Below, piece after piece: positions 51,484-64,000 of a stretch of 64,000 bases of DNA. The notes below the pieces were generated by a model. The model saw nothing but the letters and a program-made list of their open reading frames with translations. It searched no databases and was not told where the DNA came from. Made by a program: the position numbers and the translations under genes. Every line of letters begins with the position of its first letter. The stretch's first letter is position 1. The stretch covers positions 10,788,001-10,852,000 of the forward strand of contig NC_043012.1 in the NCBI RefSeq assembly GCF_006345805.1, read 5' to 3'. Source of the stretch: Octopus sinensis. Its lineage: Eukaryota.

Positions 51484-52160
51484 GGTATATATATATAAGC
51501 ATATATACGCATACACGCATAAATATACATAAATATAGATACATATATCTTTCACTTGTTTCAGTCATTATACAGCGGCCATGTAGGGGCGCCGCCTTCA
51601 AGAACTTTCAGTCGAATGAATCGACCTTAAAACTTTTCTTTTTAAGCATGGTACTTACTTTATCGATCTTTTTGCCGAACAGCTAGGTTACGTGGACGTA
51701 AACACACCCACACCGGTTGTCAAGCAACGGTAGGGGGATAAACAGAGACACAAAGACACACAGATATATATACATATAGGCGCAGGAGTGGCTGTGTGGT
51801 AAGTAGCTTGCTAACCAACCACATGGTTCCAGGTTCAGTCCCACTGCGTGGCATCTTGGGCAAGTGCCTTCTGCTATAGCCCCGGGCCGACCAATGCCTT
51901 GTCAGTGGATTTGGTAGACGGAAACTGAAAGAAGCCTGTCGTATATATGTATATATATATGTGTGTGTGTTTGTGTGTCTGTGTTTGACCCCTAGCATTG
52001 CTTGACAACCGATGCTGGTGTATTTACGTCCCCGTCACTTAGCGGTTCGGCAAAAGAGACCGATAGAATAAGTACTGGGCTTACGAAGAATAAGTCCCGG
52101 GGTCGATTTGCTCGACTAAAGGCGGTGCTCCAGCATGGCCACAGTCACATGACTGAAACA
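51033..52160. mobile_element. Cluster of three family A SINEs (51033-51415 minus, 51552-51770 minus partial, 51779-52160 plus)
   Basis: Colinear with other copies; mixed orientation. Confidence 0.85.
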
Positions 52161-52181
52161 ATTAAAATATATATATATATA

Positions 52182-52216
<35 letters not shown>

Positions 52217-53116
52217 GACGGGCTTATAAGGATGAAAAGCTAAGTTTACCCCAATGGAATTTAAAATCAGAAGGTAAAGAGCTGCAGCCAATACTAAAAA
52301 GTCTTACAAGTCTGGGCATCTACTTACTTCAACATTAAAACTTCAATCAACTTCTGCGTTTGTATCTATTTATAATTCTTCGTCACAGATTTTTTTTTGC
52401 TTTTTTTAATTTTATTTATTTTGATAAGATCATTGAAACGATCATTATTATGAAGGCCTCGAAATACCAATAATTTTCTGTGATTACTTCAACTTTATGA
52501 GAATCTTTTCTCCTCCCGACATTATCGCCTAAATTCAAATGCATGTTGCTTTGAAGACACAAAAGCCACAGCTGTAATGCGCTTGATTACAAGAAATGCT
52601 CAAACAGGGCTAACCAAGGGCTAAACAATGAAAACAACTACAAAGTACAGAGTACATCAATGGATAATGGTTTCTGCCTGCCGAATGGTAAAATTCCAGA
52701 ATTCTTGGAATGAGTCTTTAAAGAGCCATCCTTCTCCCGAAAACATCATCGATTTAAGTGAAATTGCTTTCAATTGGTACCAAAACCGATTCACAGGAAA
52801 TGTCTGGCCAAGATTTTTACCTTAGAATTCGATGCCAACCACCATTACCAAAGATAGAGGTAAGAATTATAGTTTAAACATTCCGAAACTATTCTAAGAA
52901 TTTTTTGGTTGTTTGTTCGTTTTTAATTTTCTTGTGGTTTCTAACACATAACACAAAGAAAACACTTTTAGTGCTTGAATATATATGAGTGTGTGTGTGT
53001 GTGCATGCATATATGTAAGTATATATATATATATTATATATATATATAATATACATATAACATATATATGCATGTCATCGTTTTAATGTCAATATATATG
53101 ATATATATTGTGTATG

Positions 53117-53148
<32 letters not shown>

Positions 53149-53245
53149 CATACATATATATATAGTGTATGTGTGTATATATATATATACTTGGAAAGGT
53201 GTTGGTGTATACATATATACATTGTGCGTGTGTGTGTAAATATCC

Positions 53246-53280
<35 letters not shown>

Positions 53281-53451
53281 GTGTTGTATGTGTGTGATTT
53301 TCCCCTCTAAAGACACTTTATACATCCTACCCAGGCTTCTCCCCCACCCCACCCCACCTCCAATATACATTGTCTCTTGTGATAAAATTTTGTGTATTGT
53401 AAATATATTTGTTTCGTTTGTTCCAAAGAAATGTTTTGTTTTTTGGAGGGG

Positions 53452-53514
<63 letters not shown>

Positions 53515-54114
53515 CCCCCCGACATAAGTTCGGTTTGTTTGTATGTTTTTTTCGTTTTGTTTTGTTTTGTTTTCTTCCTTTCCAACTTAGAAAGAATTTG
53601 ATTCTATATACATTGGTTTAAAGACTGTTTTTCTTTTTGTTTTCTTTTTACTTTTTATTATCATTATTATTATTATTATTTTTTTTTTTTTTTGGCATCA
53701 ATTCTTTTTCTGTTTCACCAGTACTTGTCACACAAAGAGGAAAAAAAAAACCACCTTCTCAACATATATTCGAAATACTTAGTGGAACCAAAGGAAAAGC
53801 GAAATAAATAACACAAACAACAACAGCAACATCAATGACAACAACATCAACAACGAAGCTGCGTCATTATCTAGTCTAGTGTATTATAGTACTCAAGAGA
53901 TGACGACGACGATGACGACAGAGACGTAGGCTTTTACCAAGACTTCTATAGAAACTAAAAGTACTATCTATTTATGTATGTATTTATTTATATATTGTCA
54001 GGTTGGCGATGGGATTGGCGCGAATAACCCTGCAGTAAGAGTAATTCTAGTTTGACCATTAAGTTCTGAGTCTTAAAACTATATAAGTATAACTGTAGGG
54101 GATGTGTATGCACG

Positions 54115-54151
54115 TATTTGTGTGCGTGTATATATATATAATTATATATAT

Positions 54152-54183
<32 letters not shown>

Positions 54184-55102
54184 CATATATCAATATATAT
54201 ATATATACATATATAATATATAACATATATATAGATATATATATTATATATATATATACATATATACATATATATATATATACATATATATACATATATA
54301 CATATATATATACATATACATATATATACATATATACACATATATATACCTATATACATATATATAACATTATCACATATATATACATATATAACATATA
54401 TATCATATATACACATATATATACATATTACATAATATACATATATACATATATATACATATATATACATATATCATAATTACATATATATACATATATA
54501 TACATATATATACATATATACATATACATATACTATATATCATATATACACACATATATACACATATATATACATATATATAATATATATACATATATAT
54601 ACATATATACATATAACACATATATACATTATACACATATACACATATATACATATATACACATATACACATATATATATACATATATACATATATATAC
54701 ATATATACATATATATACATATATATACATATATATACATATTACATATATATATATGTTATATACATATACATATATATACATATATACATATATGTAT
54801 ATATATATACATATATAATACATATATACATATATGTATATATACATATATACATATATATACATATATACATATATGTATATATACATATATACATATA
54901 TAGACATATATACATTATGATATATACATATATATAACATATATATACATATATACATATTGTATATATACATATATACATATATATACATATATACATA
55001 TAGTATATATACATATATACACATATATATACATACATATATACACATATATATACATACATATATATATAACATATATGTATATATACATATATATACA
55101 TA

Positions 55103-55136
<34 letters not shown>

Positions 55137-55175
55137 ACATATATATACATATAATATATATACATATATATATAC

Positions 55176-55208
<33 letters not shown>

Positions 55209-55274
55209 CATATATATACATATATGTATATATACATATATATACATATATATATATATATACATATATATATC

Positions 55275-55309
<35 letters not shown>

Positions 55310-55974
55310 CATATACATATATGTATATATACATATATATACATATATGTATATATACATATATATAATATATGTATATATCATCATCATCATCATCATC
55401 GTTTAGCGTCCGTTTTCCATGTATATACATATATATGTATATATACATATATATGTATATGTTACGTATATATGTATATGTATGTATGTATATATATATT
55501 TATTTATATATATATATATATGTATGTATATATAATATACATATATATACATATATATACATATATACATATATATACATATATACCAATATATCATATA
55601 TATACATTATTAAATATATACATATATACATATATATACATTATAAATATATATACATATATACATATATACATATACACATATACATATATATACATAT
55701 ATACATATATATACATATACTATACTACATATTATACATATATACATATATATACATATACATATATACATATATATACATATACATTATATCATATATA
55801 CACATATACACATATATACACATATACACATATATACATATATATACATATATACATATATATACATATATTACATATATGTATATATACATATATATAC
55901 AATATGTATATATACATATGTACATATATATATATATACATATGTACATATAATATATATACATATATATATAC

Positions 55975-56007
<33 letters not shown>

Positions 56008-56073
56008 CATATATATACATATATGTATATATACATATATATACATATATATATATATATACATATATATATC

Positions 56074-56108
<35 letters not shown>

Positions 56109-56335
56109 CATATACATATATGTATATATACATATATATACATATATGTATATATACATATATATAATATATGTATATATCATCATCATCATCATCATCG
56201 TTTAGCGTCCGTTTTCCATGTTATACATATATATGTATATTACATATATATGTATATGTACGTATATATGTATATGTATGTATGTATATATATATATATT
56301 ATATATATATATATATGTATGTACACGTGTGTGTA
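54115..56335. repeat. 2.2-kb (TATACA/TA) degenerate array containing an internal duplication
   Basis: Direct reading; the catcatcatcgtttagcgtccgttttccatg landmark occurs twice, 799 bp apart. Confidence 0.95.
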
Positions 56336-56964
56336 TATATGCCCGTGTCCATATCAACTAGTCTTGTGAGCTCAATATGGAGGCGTGTGTGGTGTGTGAG
56401 ACTATGCGGTGCGCGTCCATTATTATTTAGCTCCGAGTCAGCCATCAACAAACCAACCTCTGATCAAAGATGTTTGAGCTTTGACCATTGGCTTTCCATT
56501 GACATTTTTGTTCTTTTTATTGTTGTTGCAGACACAGTACATCTAAGACTACATTATCCAACATGTGCTTTTTGCTCTCTTTCTTTCTTTTTTTTTTTTA
56601 GAAGACAGTAGCTGTGATTATTTGAGTGAGATTTATTTGCTATTTCTCATGCCTCGGGGATTCTTCAGTGACTTGCATGCGCACCACAAACTTTCCAGCA
56701 GCCTTGGGTTCAGGCCCGTGCTGGGTTATCCATGAAGCCCAAACCAAATCTTACCACACAGCCGCATCTGCGCCAATTCATTTGCTTCTTAGAATCACTT
56801 TCTGGAAAACAAATGGCAATATTTTCTCCCTTTATAGTAAAATATAATTGAAGAACCAACTAAATGCATAACTTCCAAACGATGTTCTCGGAAACGGTCT
56901 GCAAATCTCTTACTGACTTTTCCAATCTACAGCAAGTCACTAAGCCAAAATTTAAAGCATTAAA

Positions 56965-57390
56965 TAATTTTAATTTTAATTTAATTTTTTGGGCTCAAAA
57001 AGCAAAGGCAAGGCCATGTAGGGGGACATGGAGTTATGTACAGGGAGGGTGTTCATACAAAGAGTTCAGGCCATTTCTGGTCAAGAGAGGCTTTGAACCG
57101 AGCGGTCGTTGGCATCTTCACTATCTCGTCCGGCAGCTTATTCCACGGATCCGCAACCCGGACGGAGAAAGCCCCTCTCCTTCGATTGAGATGACATCGT
57201 CGTAGATAGAGCTTTTCGGAGTGACCCCGCAGCCTACGCTCTGGAGCAGGAGTGAAGAACAGCTCTTTCGAGAGGTTACACTTTCCGCTCGGCGGGAACA
57301 GATGAGGCAGTAGTTAACGTGAAGGAGAGAAATTCTCCGGAACAACGCTTGCAACAGGATGAGGGGAAACAACAAGAGACTCAGTCCAGG
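56965..57390 (-). mobile_element. CR1-clade LINE 3' fragment
   Basis: LFFTPAPERRLRGHSEKLYLRRCHLNRRRGAFSVRVADPWNKLPDEIVKMPTTARFKASLDQKWPELFV* (stop 57053-57055) is the typical CR1 ORF2 end, followed by a short 3' UTR and an aatt(a)-repeat tail. Confidence 0.85.
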
Positions 57391-58121
57391 TGTGGGTAAA
57401 AAAAAATTAAAGCTCCATCAGCCAAAAGATCAAACGGATAGCGGACCCACGCATACACAAACAACAGTCTTCTATATTTTACATCCACCAAATTCCACTT
57501 ACAAGACAGTTGTCAGTTGAGACACGTGACCAAGGTGCTGTAGAGCGAAATCGAACTCAAAACAATGTGGTTACGATCAAACTTCTTAACTACAGTTATA
57601 CGCGTAGAATAGAAATTTCTAGAACGATACCTATGTTTTCAGGTCAGCTGCTTCATTTACACAAATTATTCGCAACTCGGAATTTTCCTACTGCTGTTGT
57701 TGTTGTTGTTTAACCCAAGGTCAATCTTAATGGAGCAGATCTGAGATCAAAGGTGTTTCAGTCGTGTCAATCACGTCTTTTTATACAAGTCCCATATTTT
57801 GTCCATCACCTTACCGCCTGTGCTTTCCACGGTCCTCAATGTCACCCACTTCCTTCGCTGTCATTTATTGACCTTCCTAGTTTGGATGTACATAAAGGAT
57901 TTCTAACAAAGAACCAGTGAAAACAAGAAAATAATAAACGCGGGAAATGGGGGCAGTCAGTTAAATTAACGTCAATATATTACTGGTACTTATTATTTTT
58001 ATCAAACTCCAAAATATTAAAAAGCAAAGTCTTTCCATCACAATTTGAACTCTTAAGAGTAAAATCCTAAAGAAAACAGCAAAAGATTCCTACTCATTTT
58101 AAGTGTATTCTTTTTTTTTTT

Positions 58122-58535
58122 AGTCATTTGACTGTGGCCATGCTGGAGCACCGCCTTTAGTTGAACAAATCGACCCCCAGAACTTATTCCTTGTAAGCCT
58201 AGTACTTATTCTATCGGTTTCTTTGCCGAACAGCTAAGTTACGAGGACGTAAGCACACCAACATCAGTTGCCAAGCGATGGTGGGAGAACACAGACACAC
58301 AAACATAAACACATATAAACATATATACGACGGACTCCTTTTTATATATGTGTGTGTACACACACACACATATATATATATATGACGGGCTTCTTTCAGT
58401 TTCCGTCTACCAAATCCACTCACAAGGCTTTGGTTGGCCCGAGGATATAGTAGAAGATACTTGCCCAAGGTGCCACGCAGTGGGACTGAACCTGAAACCA
58501 TGTGGTTGGTAAGCAAACTACTTACCACACAGCCG
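58122..58535 (-). mobile_element. SINE family A
   Basis: Colinear with other copies. Confidence 0.8.
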
Positions 58536-58986
58536 CAGTTATTTTAATGAATGGAATTAAACGAAGGGAATTAGGGTAGTGGAGTGACAGAATCGGTGGA
58601 GCATCGGACAGAATGTTTTGCAGTGTCTCGCAGACAGTTTTTTGACATTCGGATTCCATATCCCATGAAGGTAAACTTAGACCTGAATCCTTCAGGGAAC
58701 AATAAAATAAAATTGAGTTCAAGAACTAGGAAACGGAGCCGATCTTAAGAAAACACTTTCGCCACCAAAAACAAAAGAGAAAATATGAAACTTTTGTGCT
58801 TATGTTGGAAATCTGCAATCAGAGACTGAACCAGTGCCATGGATTCTTCCATTTGTCTGTAGTTTACATCTACTTCATAGCGTTAAATAAACTTCAATGG
58901 CATTTTCCTCTGAAGAGAATTTGTCTTTCATTATTGAGTTAATCACTAGTTTTACATATATTATACATATATATATATATATATAG

Positions 58987-59090
<104 letters not shown>

Positions 59091-59230
59091 TGATTGTATG
59101 TATATATGGTGTAAGTATACACACACACACACATATATATGTATTTACACATAATATTCAAATATATATACGTGTGTGTATGTAAGTATATGTATACATA
59201 TACATACATTATGATTATATAATATATATA

Positions 59231-59262
59231 TATAAATCTATCAATTATTTATATATATATAG

Positions 59263-59294
<32 letters not shown>

Positions 59295-59319
59295 CTATCT
59301 ATCAATTATTTATATATAT

Positions 59320-59368
<49 letters not shown>

Positions 59369-59397
59369 CTATCTATCAATTATTTATATATATATAG

Positions 59398-59435
<38 letters not shown>

Positions 59436-59478
59436 CTATCTATCAATTATTATATATATACATATATATATAACTATC

Positions 59479-59480
<2 letters not shown>
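59231..59480. repeat. Minisatellite: ataactatctatcaattatttatatatatatagtt with variable (TA)n spacers, about 4-5 units
   Basis: Direct reading. Confidence 0.85.
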
Positions 59481-59520
<40 letters not shown>

Positions 59521-60319
59521 TTCTGGTTCAATTTTTACTTTCAGAAAACAATATTTCTACTTCAACTCCACCAGCCACACATACACACACACAGCAAATA
59601 TCAATTTCGTTTTAATAATAAAAAAAAAATCCACACTCAATAAGGTTTTATTTTAGATCGATGTTACATTTCTTGCTGGTTTTTCAATTATTCTGTCGAA
59701 GAAAATCTATTCTTTGATTCTCTGCATTAAAACATCCTGAACATATTGAATTCCTAAGAAATTTATTAACCAAAGAAGAAAAACTAAAAATATTGAAGAC
59801 AAATTACTCACAAAAGCTGAAGGATTTCAAAAATAATAATAATTCTGAAAAAAAAAAGATGTGTGTATGTTTGTATATGAATGTGTGCATATGGCAATAT
59901 TTGTGTGTGTGAGTATGTGTCCGTGCATGAGTGAGTGTGTGTCGTGTGTGAGTGAGTGAGTAATTTAAAAAAACTAACAAAAAAAAAAAGAAAAAAAAAG
60001 AAATCAATTTGCCGATGGAAAATTAAAAACGTTTTTCAAAACCTTTTCCTTTCCTTTTGCGGTTGAGATGGAATAATTAATAAAACGAAACTATTTGCTT
60101 CTGAGAAAACTCCCTTCCGAAGTTTTGTAGAGATTTCGGTAAGAGTAACTGAGTACAAGTTAGAGCAGAAATAATAACCACAGATAATGTTGGATCCATA
60201 CTGATTGAAATCAAGGACCCACTGGATTCTAACCCCAACTCGGGTCTAACCCTGGCCTTTGCTATCACAAATGACAACATCTTTGTGCTGTCACTTAGTT
60301 GTGACAACTATATATACTC

Positions 60320-60660
60320 TTTCACTTGTTTCAGTCATTTGAATGTGGCCATGCTGGAGCACCGCCTTTAGTCGAGCAAATCGACCCCCAGGACTTATTC
60401 TTTGTAAGCCTAGTACTTATTCTATCGGTCTCTTTTGCCGAACCACCAAGTTACAGGCACGTAAACGCCCCAGCATCGGTTGTCAAGCGATGTTGGGGGG
60501 ATAAAAACATATACAGTTTCTGTCTACCAAATCCACTCACAAGGTTTTGGTCGGCCCAAGGGTATAGTAGAAGACACTTGCCCAAGGTGCCACACAGTGG
60601 GACTGAACTCAGGGCCATGTGGTTGGTAAGCAAGCTACTTACCACACAGCCACTCCTGCA

Positions 60661-60663
<3 letters not shown>
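60320..60663 (-). mobile_element. SINE family A lacking the internal microsatellite
   Basis: Both halves are joined by only ggataaaaacatatac. Confidence 0.8.
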
Positions 60664-60718
<55 letters not shown>

Positions 60719-60719
<1 letters not shown>

Positions 60720-60933
60720 GAGGTGGTACAGGAAAGTTCCTGGCTTTAAGGGGATCATGATGGGCCTGGTTGGAGACCCAACCTTCTGAGTTCTTTTTCA
60801 GGGCTTAGAAAAACTGAAGGACTACTTCAATAAGTGTGTGAATCTGAGAGGGGAATTTATTGAATAAAATCATAATTAAGCGATTCTCCTGTATTTTTTT
60901 TACTCAAATCCAGGAACTTTCAGCACCCCCTCA
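60719..60933 (+). mobile_element. Mariner-derived MITE, second copy of the 13041 family
   Basis: Colinear similarity to 13041-13264 including TIRs and aataagtgtgtgaatctgag. Confidence 0.75.
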
Positions 60934-60934
60934 T

Positions 60935-60974
<40 letters not shown>

Positions 60975-61044
60975 ATAGATAGACAGACAGAGCAGTCAAA
61001 TCTCCCGCTAGTCACTCCCAACTGACTTTAAAAAATAATGGACT

Positions 61045-61990
61045 GGCACCTGGAATCTTCTACTATAGCCTAGGGCCAACCAAAGCCTCGTGAGTGGATA
61101 TGGTAGATGGAAACTGAAAGAAACCTGCCGTGTATGTGTGTTTGCCCCCTACCACCGTTTGACAACCGGTGTTGGTGTGTTTATGTCTCCATAACTTAGT
61201 GGTTCGGCAAAAAGACTGACAGAATAAGTACTAGGCTTAAAAAAACAGAACATAAGTACTGGGGCTCATAACTTCAACTAATAATTCCTCAAGAAAGTGC
61301 CCCAGCATGGGTAAGAAAAGAACCTAAACAATGTCATTTGACCTGCTCGATACAGTAACCTAATCTCCCTCAAATTACACCTTCCTGTCTTAAAAGACAT
61401 CAAATGAAGATAGACATAGCCTAAGTGGAAGGGATGGCCCAGGAGTGTCGGAAATCTAAAATAACAATCATCAGGAGAGATAACTCCAGTAGAAACAACC
61501 AATTCATTCATCGTCGACATAATTTACTTTTTCACCCCAGAATATTTCGATTACTCTCTTTTACTTGCTTGAGTTATTTGACTCTGGCCTTGCTGCAGCA
61601 CTGCCTTTACTTGAGCAAATCGACCCCAGGACATTCTTTGTAAGCCTAGTACTTATTCTATTGGCTTCTTATGCCGAACCGCTAAGTTACAGGGATGTAA
61701 ACACACCAGCATCGGTTGTCAAGCAATGTTGGGGGGACAAATACAGACGCACAAACATACACACATACTTACGACAGTATATATGTATATATGTCAGAAG
61801 TTGACCCATTTGAGGTAAGACATTATTATTATTCACTGATATTTTTTCCTATCTTGTCTGTAATAGATTTGTGACTTTTCGGTGGTACAGAAGTATTTTT
61901 TGACTTCAATCTTTAGCGATATAGGTACTCATGTAGTACCCTTCTGTATATATGTACATATTTAATACTGTATGTATATATATTTTATTA

Positions 61991-62056
<66 letters not shown>

Positions 62057-62262
62057 ATGTATGTATGCATGTGTGTATGTGCTTGTGTGTCTGTATTTGT
62101 CCACCCCCCAACATCGCTTGACAACCTTAACTTAGCAGTTCAGCAAAAGAGACCGATAGAATAAGTGCTAGGCTTACAAAGAAAAAGTCCTGGGGTTGAT
62201 TTGCTCGACTAAAGCGGTGCTCCAGCATGGCCACAGTCAAATGACAAAAGAGTAAAAGAGTA
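61045..62262. mobile_element. Family A fragments (61045-61290 plus, 61556-61770 minus, 62090-62262 plus)
   Basis: Partial matches to the family A body and tail. Other partial copies at about 255-365, 2623-2785, 4290-4440 and 48108-48297. Confidence 0.65.
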
Positions 62263-62591
62263 ATTTATATATACACACATCAAAAACACACATATACACA
62301 ACACACACACATACACATACAAACACACATGAATCTCTGTGTATGTTGTATATATAAGAAGGAAGGAAGGTTAGGCAGATAGCTACACAGACAGACACTG
62401 AATAAACATATATATATATATATATATCATAATATATATATATAATATATATATATATGTATGTAGGTCCCGGGTTGATTCAGGGTTAACCACAGTAAAT
62501 AGGTACTCAATACATTGCAGAGTTGAATTAATTTATTCTCTTGAATGAAACAGTTCTAGTCCTGTAGAAGCTCCTTCTATATAATAAATAT

Positions 62592-62662
<71 letters not shown>

Positions 62663-62677
62663 TATATATATATAATA

Positions 62678-62719
<42 letters not shown>

Positions 62720-63091
62720 ATTGTGCACACGTACACACATGCAAACTAAATCCATAAAAAACTATTCTACTCACCATCTCTATCAAACTTATAAAGCAAT
62801 TTAATATTTTCAGTGAAGAATATTTTCAAAAATATATATTTTAATACTTACATTTAGCTTGATTATTTTAGCTCAGCTTTTCAAGTTAATATTTTTTTTT
62901 TTTTCGTGGGGGTTTTTAAGATATCAAAATATTACCAAATATTGGATATTATATTTCTAATTATACATAAATATACAGAGATACACACGTGAACACAAAC
63001 ATACACACACACACGTGTGTATGTATGTATACATATGTGTACATGTCTACGTATGTGTCTATATATTATATATATACACCACCACACATGT

Positions 63092-63129
<38 letters not shown>

Positions 63130-63160
63130 CACACACACACACACACACACACAATATATA

Positions 63161-63196
<36 letters not shown>

Positions 63197-63816
63197 CATA
63201 CAAACACACGTATAAGTGTGTGTGTGTGTCTATTCAAAGTCATGTATATCTATGTTTACTAACTGCCAACCCACATCATTAAACTTATAAAACAAGAGAG
63301 AAAAAAATATTTAAAAGTGTATACATCAATGCACACACATACACACACTTATATACACACACATATCTTCATATACACATGCAAACACACACACACACTA
63401 ACTTAAATATACATTCATATACATATATGCATATAATTATGCGTTCAGAAACACATAAACAAAAGTGTATATGTAACTTAAATATACATACATCAATCTA
63501 CATATATGTATATTCAAAAACTATACACATACATATACAAACATACATATATGTACGTATCATATATATTAAACACACAGGTCCACATATATCCCTATAT
63601 ACACTAAAAGAGCAGATTTCATTGGGTGGTGAATCTAGGGAAGCTTTTATGAATTATAATATTTTTAATATGAAAGAGAAAAGTTTCAATTAAGCATTAA
63701 AATCTACACAAACCAATATAAATCCATAGCAACATACAGAAGCATACACGCTTACAGACATAAATATACACATGCACACACATATATATACACACACACA
63801 TACATAGATGTGTGTG

Positions 63817-63851
<35 letters not shown>

Positions 63852-63925
63852 CACATACATAAATGGGTGTGTATGTATATATATACATATACACACACAT
63901 ATATACATACATATATGTATGTACA

Positions 63926-63961
<36 letters not shown>

Positions 63962-64000
63962 CATATACTGACACAAACATATATACATACATACACGTGT

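Noticed and set aside
62535-62560. Possible 3' half of a third hammerhead (attc-tctt-gaat-GAAA-cagtt-ctag)
   Set aside because: No CUGANGA or helix I partner upstream; at most a truncated relic.

Overview
AT-rich, repeat-saturated animal genomic DNA. The SINE families and extreme microsatellite load suggest a cephalopod, probably Octopus (inference). Only one host coding exon is recognisable: a 150-bp phase-0/phase-0 exon on the minus strand (9902-10051) matching the C-terminal domain of SCAPER, so most of the window may be giant SCAPER introns. The rest is two abundant tRNA-derived SINE families (called A and B here), fragments of Tx1-like and CR1 LINEs, mariner, pogo-like and hAT MITEs, a non-autonomous Helitron, mini- and microsatellites, and a 100-N gap (39991-40090). 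Nearly all ORFs in the supplied track are microsatellite artefacts. The most interesting signal is a set of minimal hammerhead-ribozyme motifs. At 32544-32955 a tRNA-headed, non-coding element carries a canonical minimal type I hammerhead, duplicated as an inverted pair and flanked by an 8-bp direct repeat. A second dispersed family (16922, 43888) carries a variant-core hammerhead-like motif. Activity of these motifs is untested.
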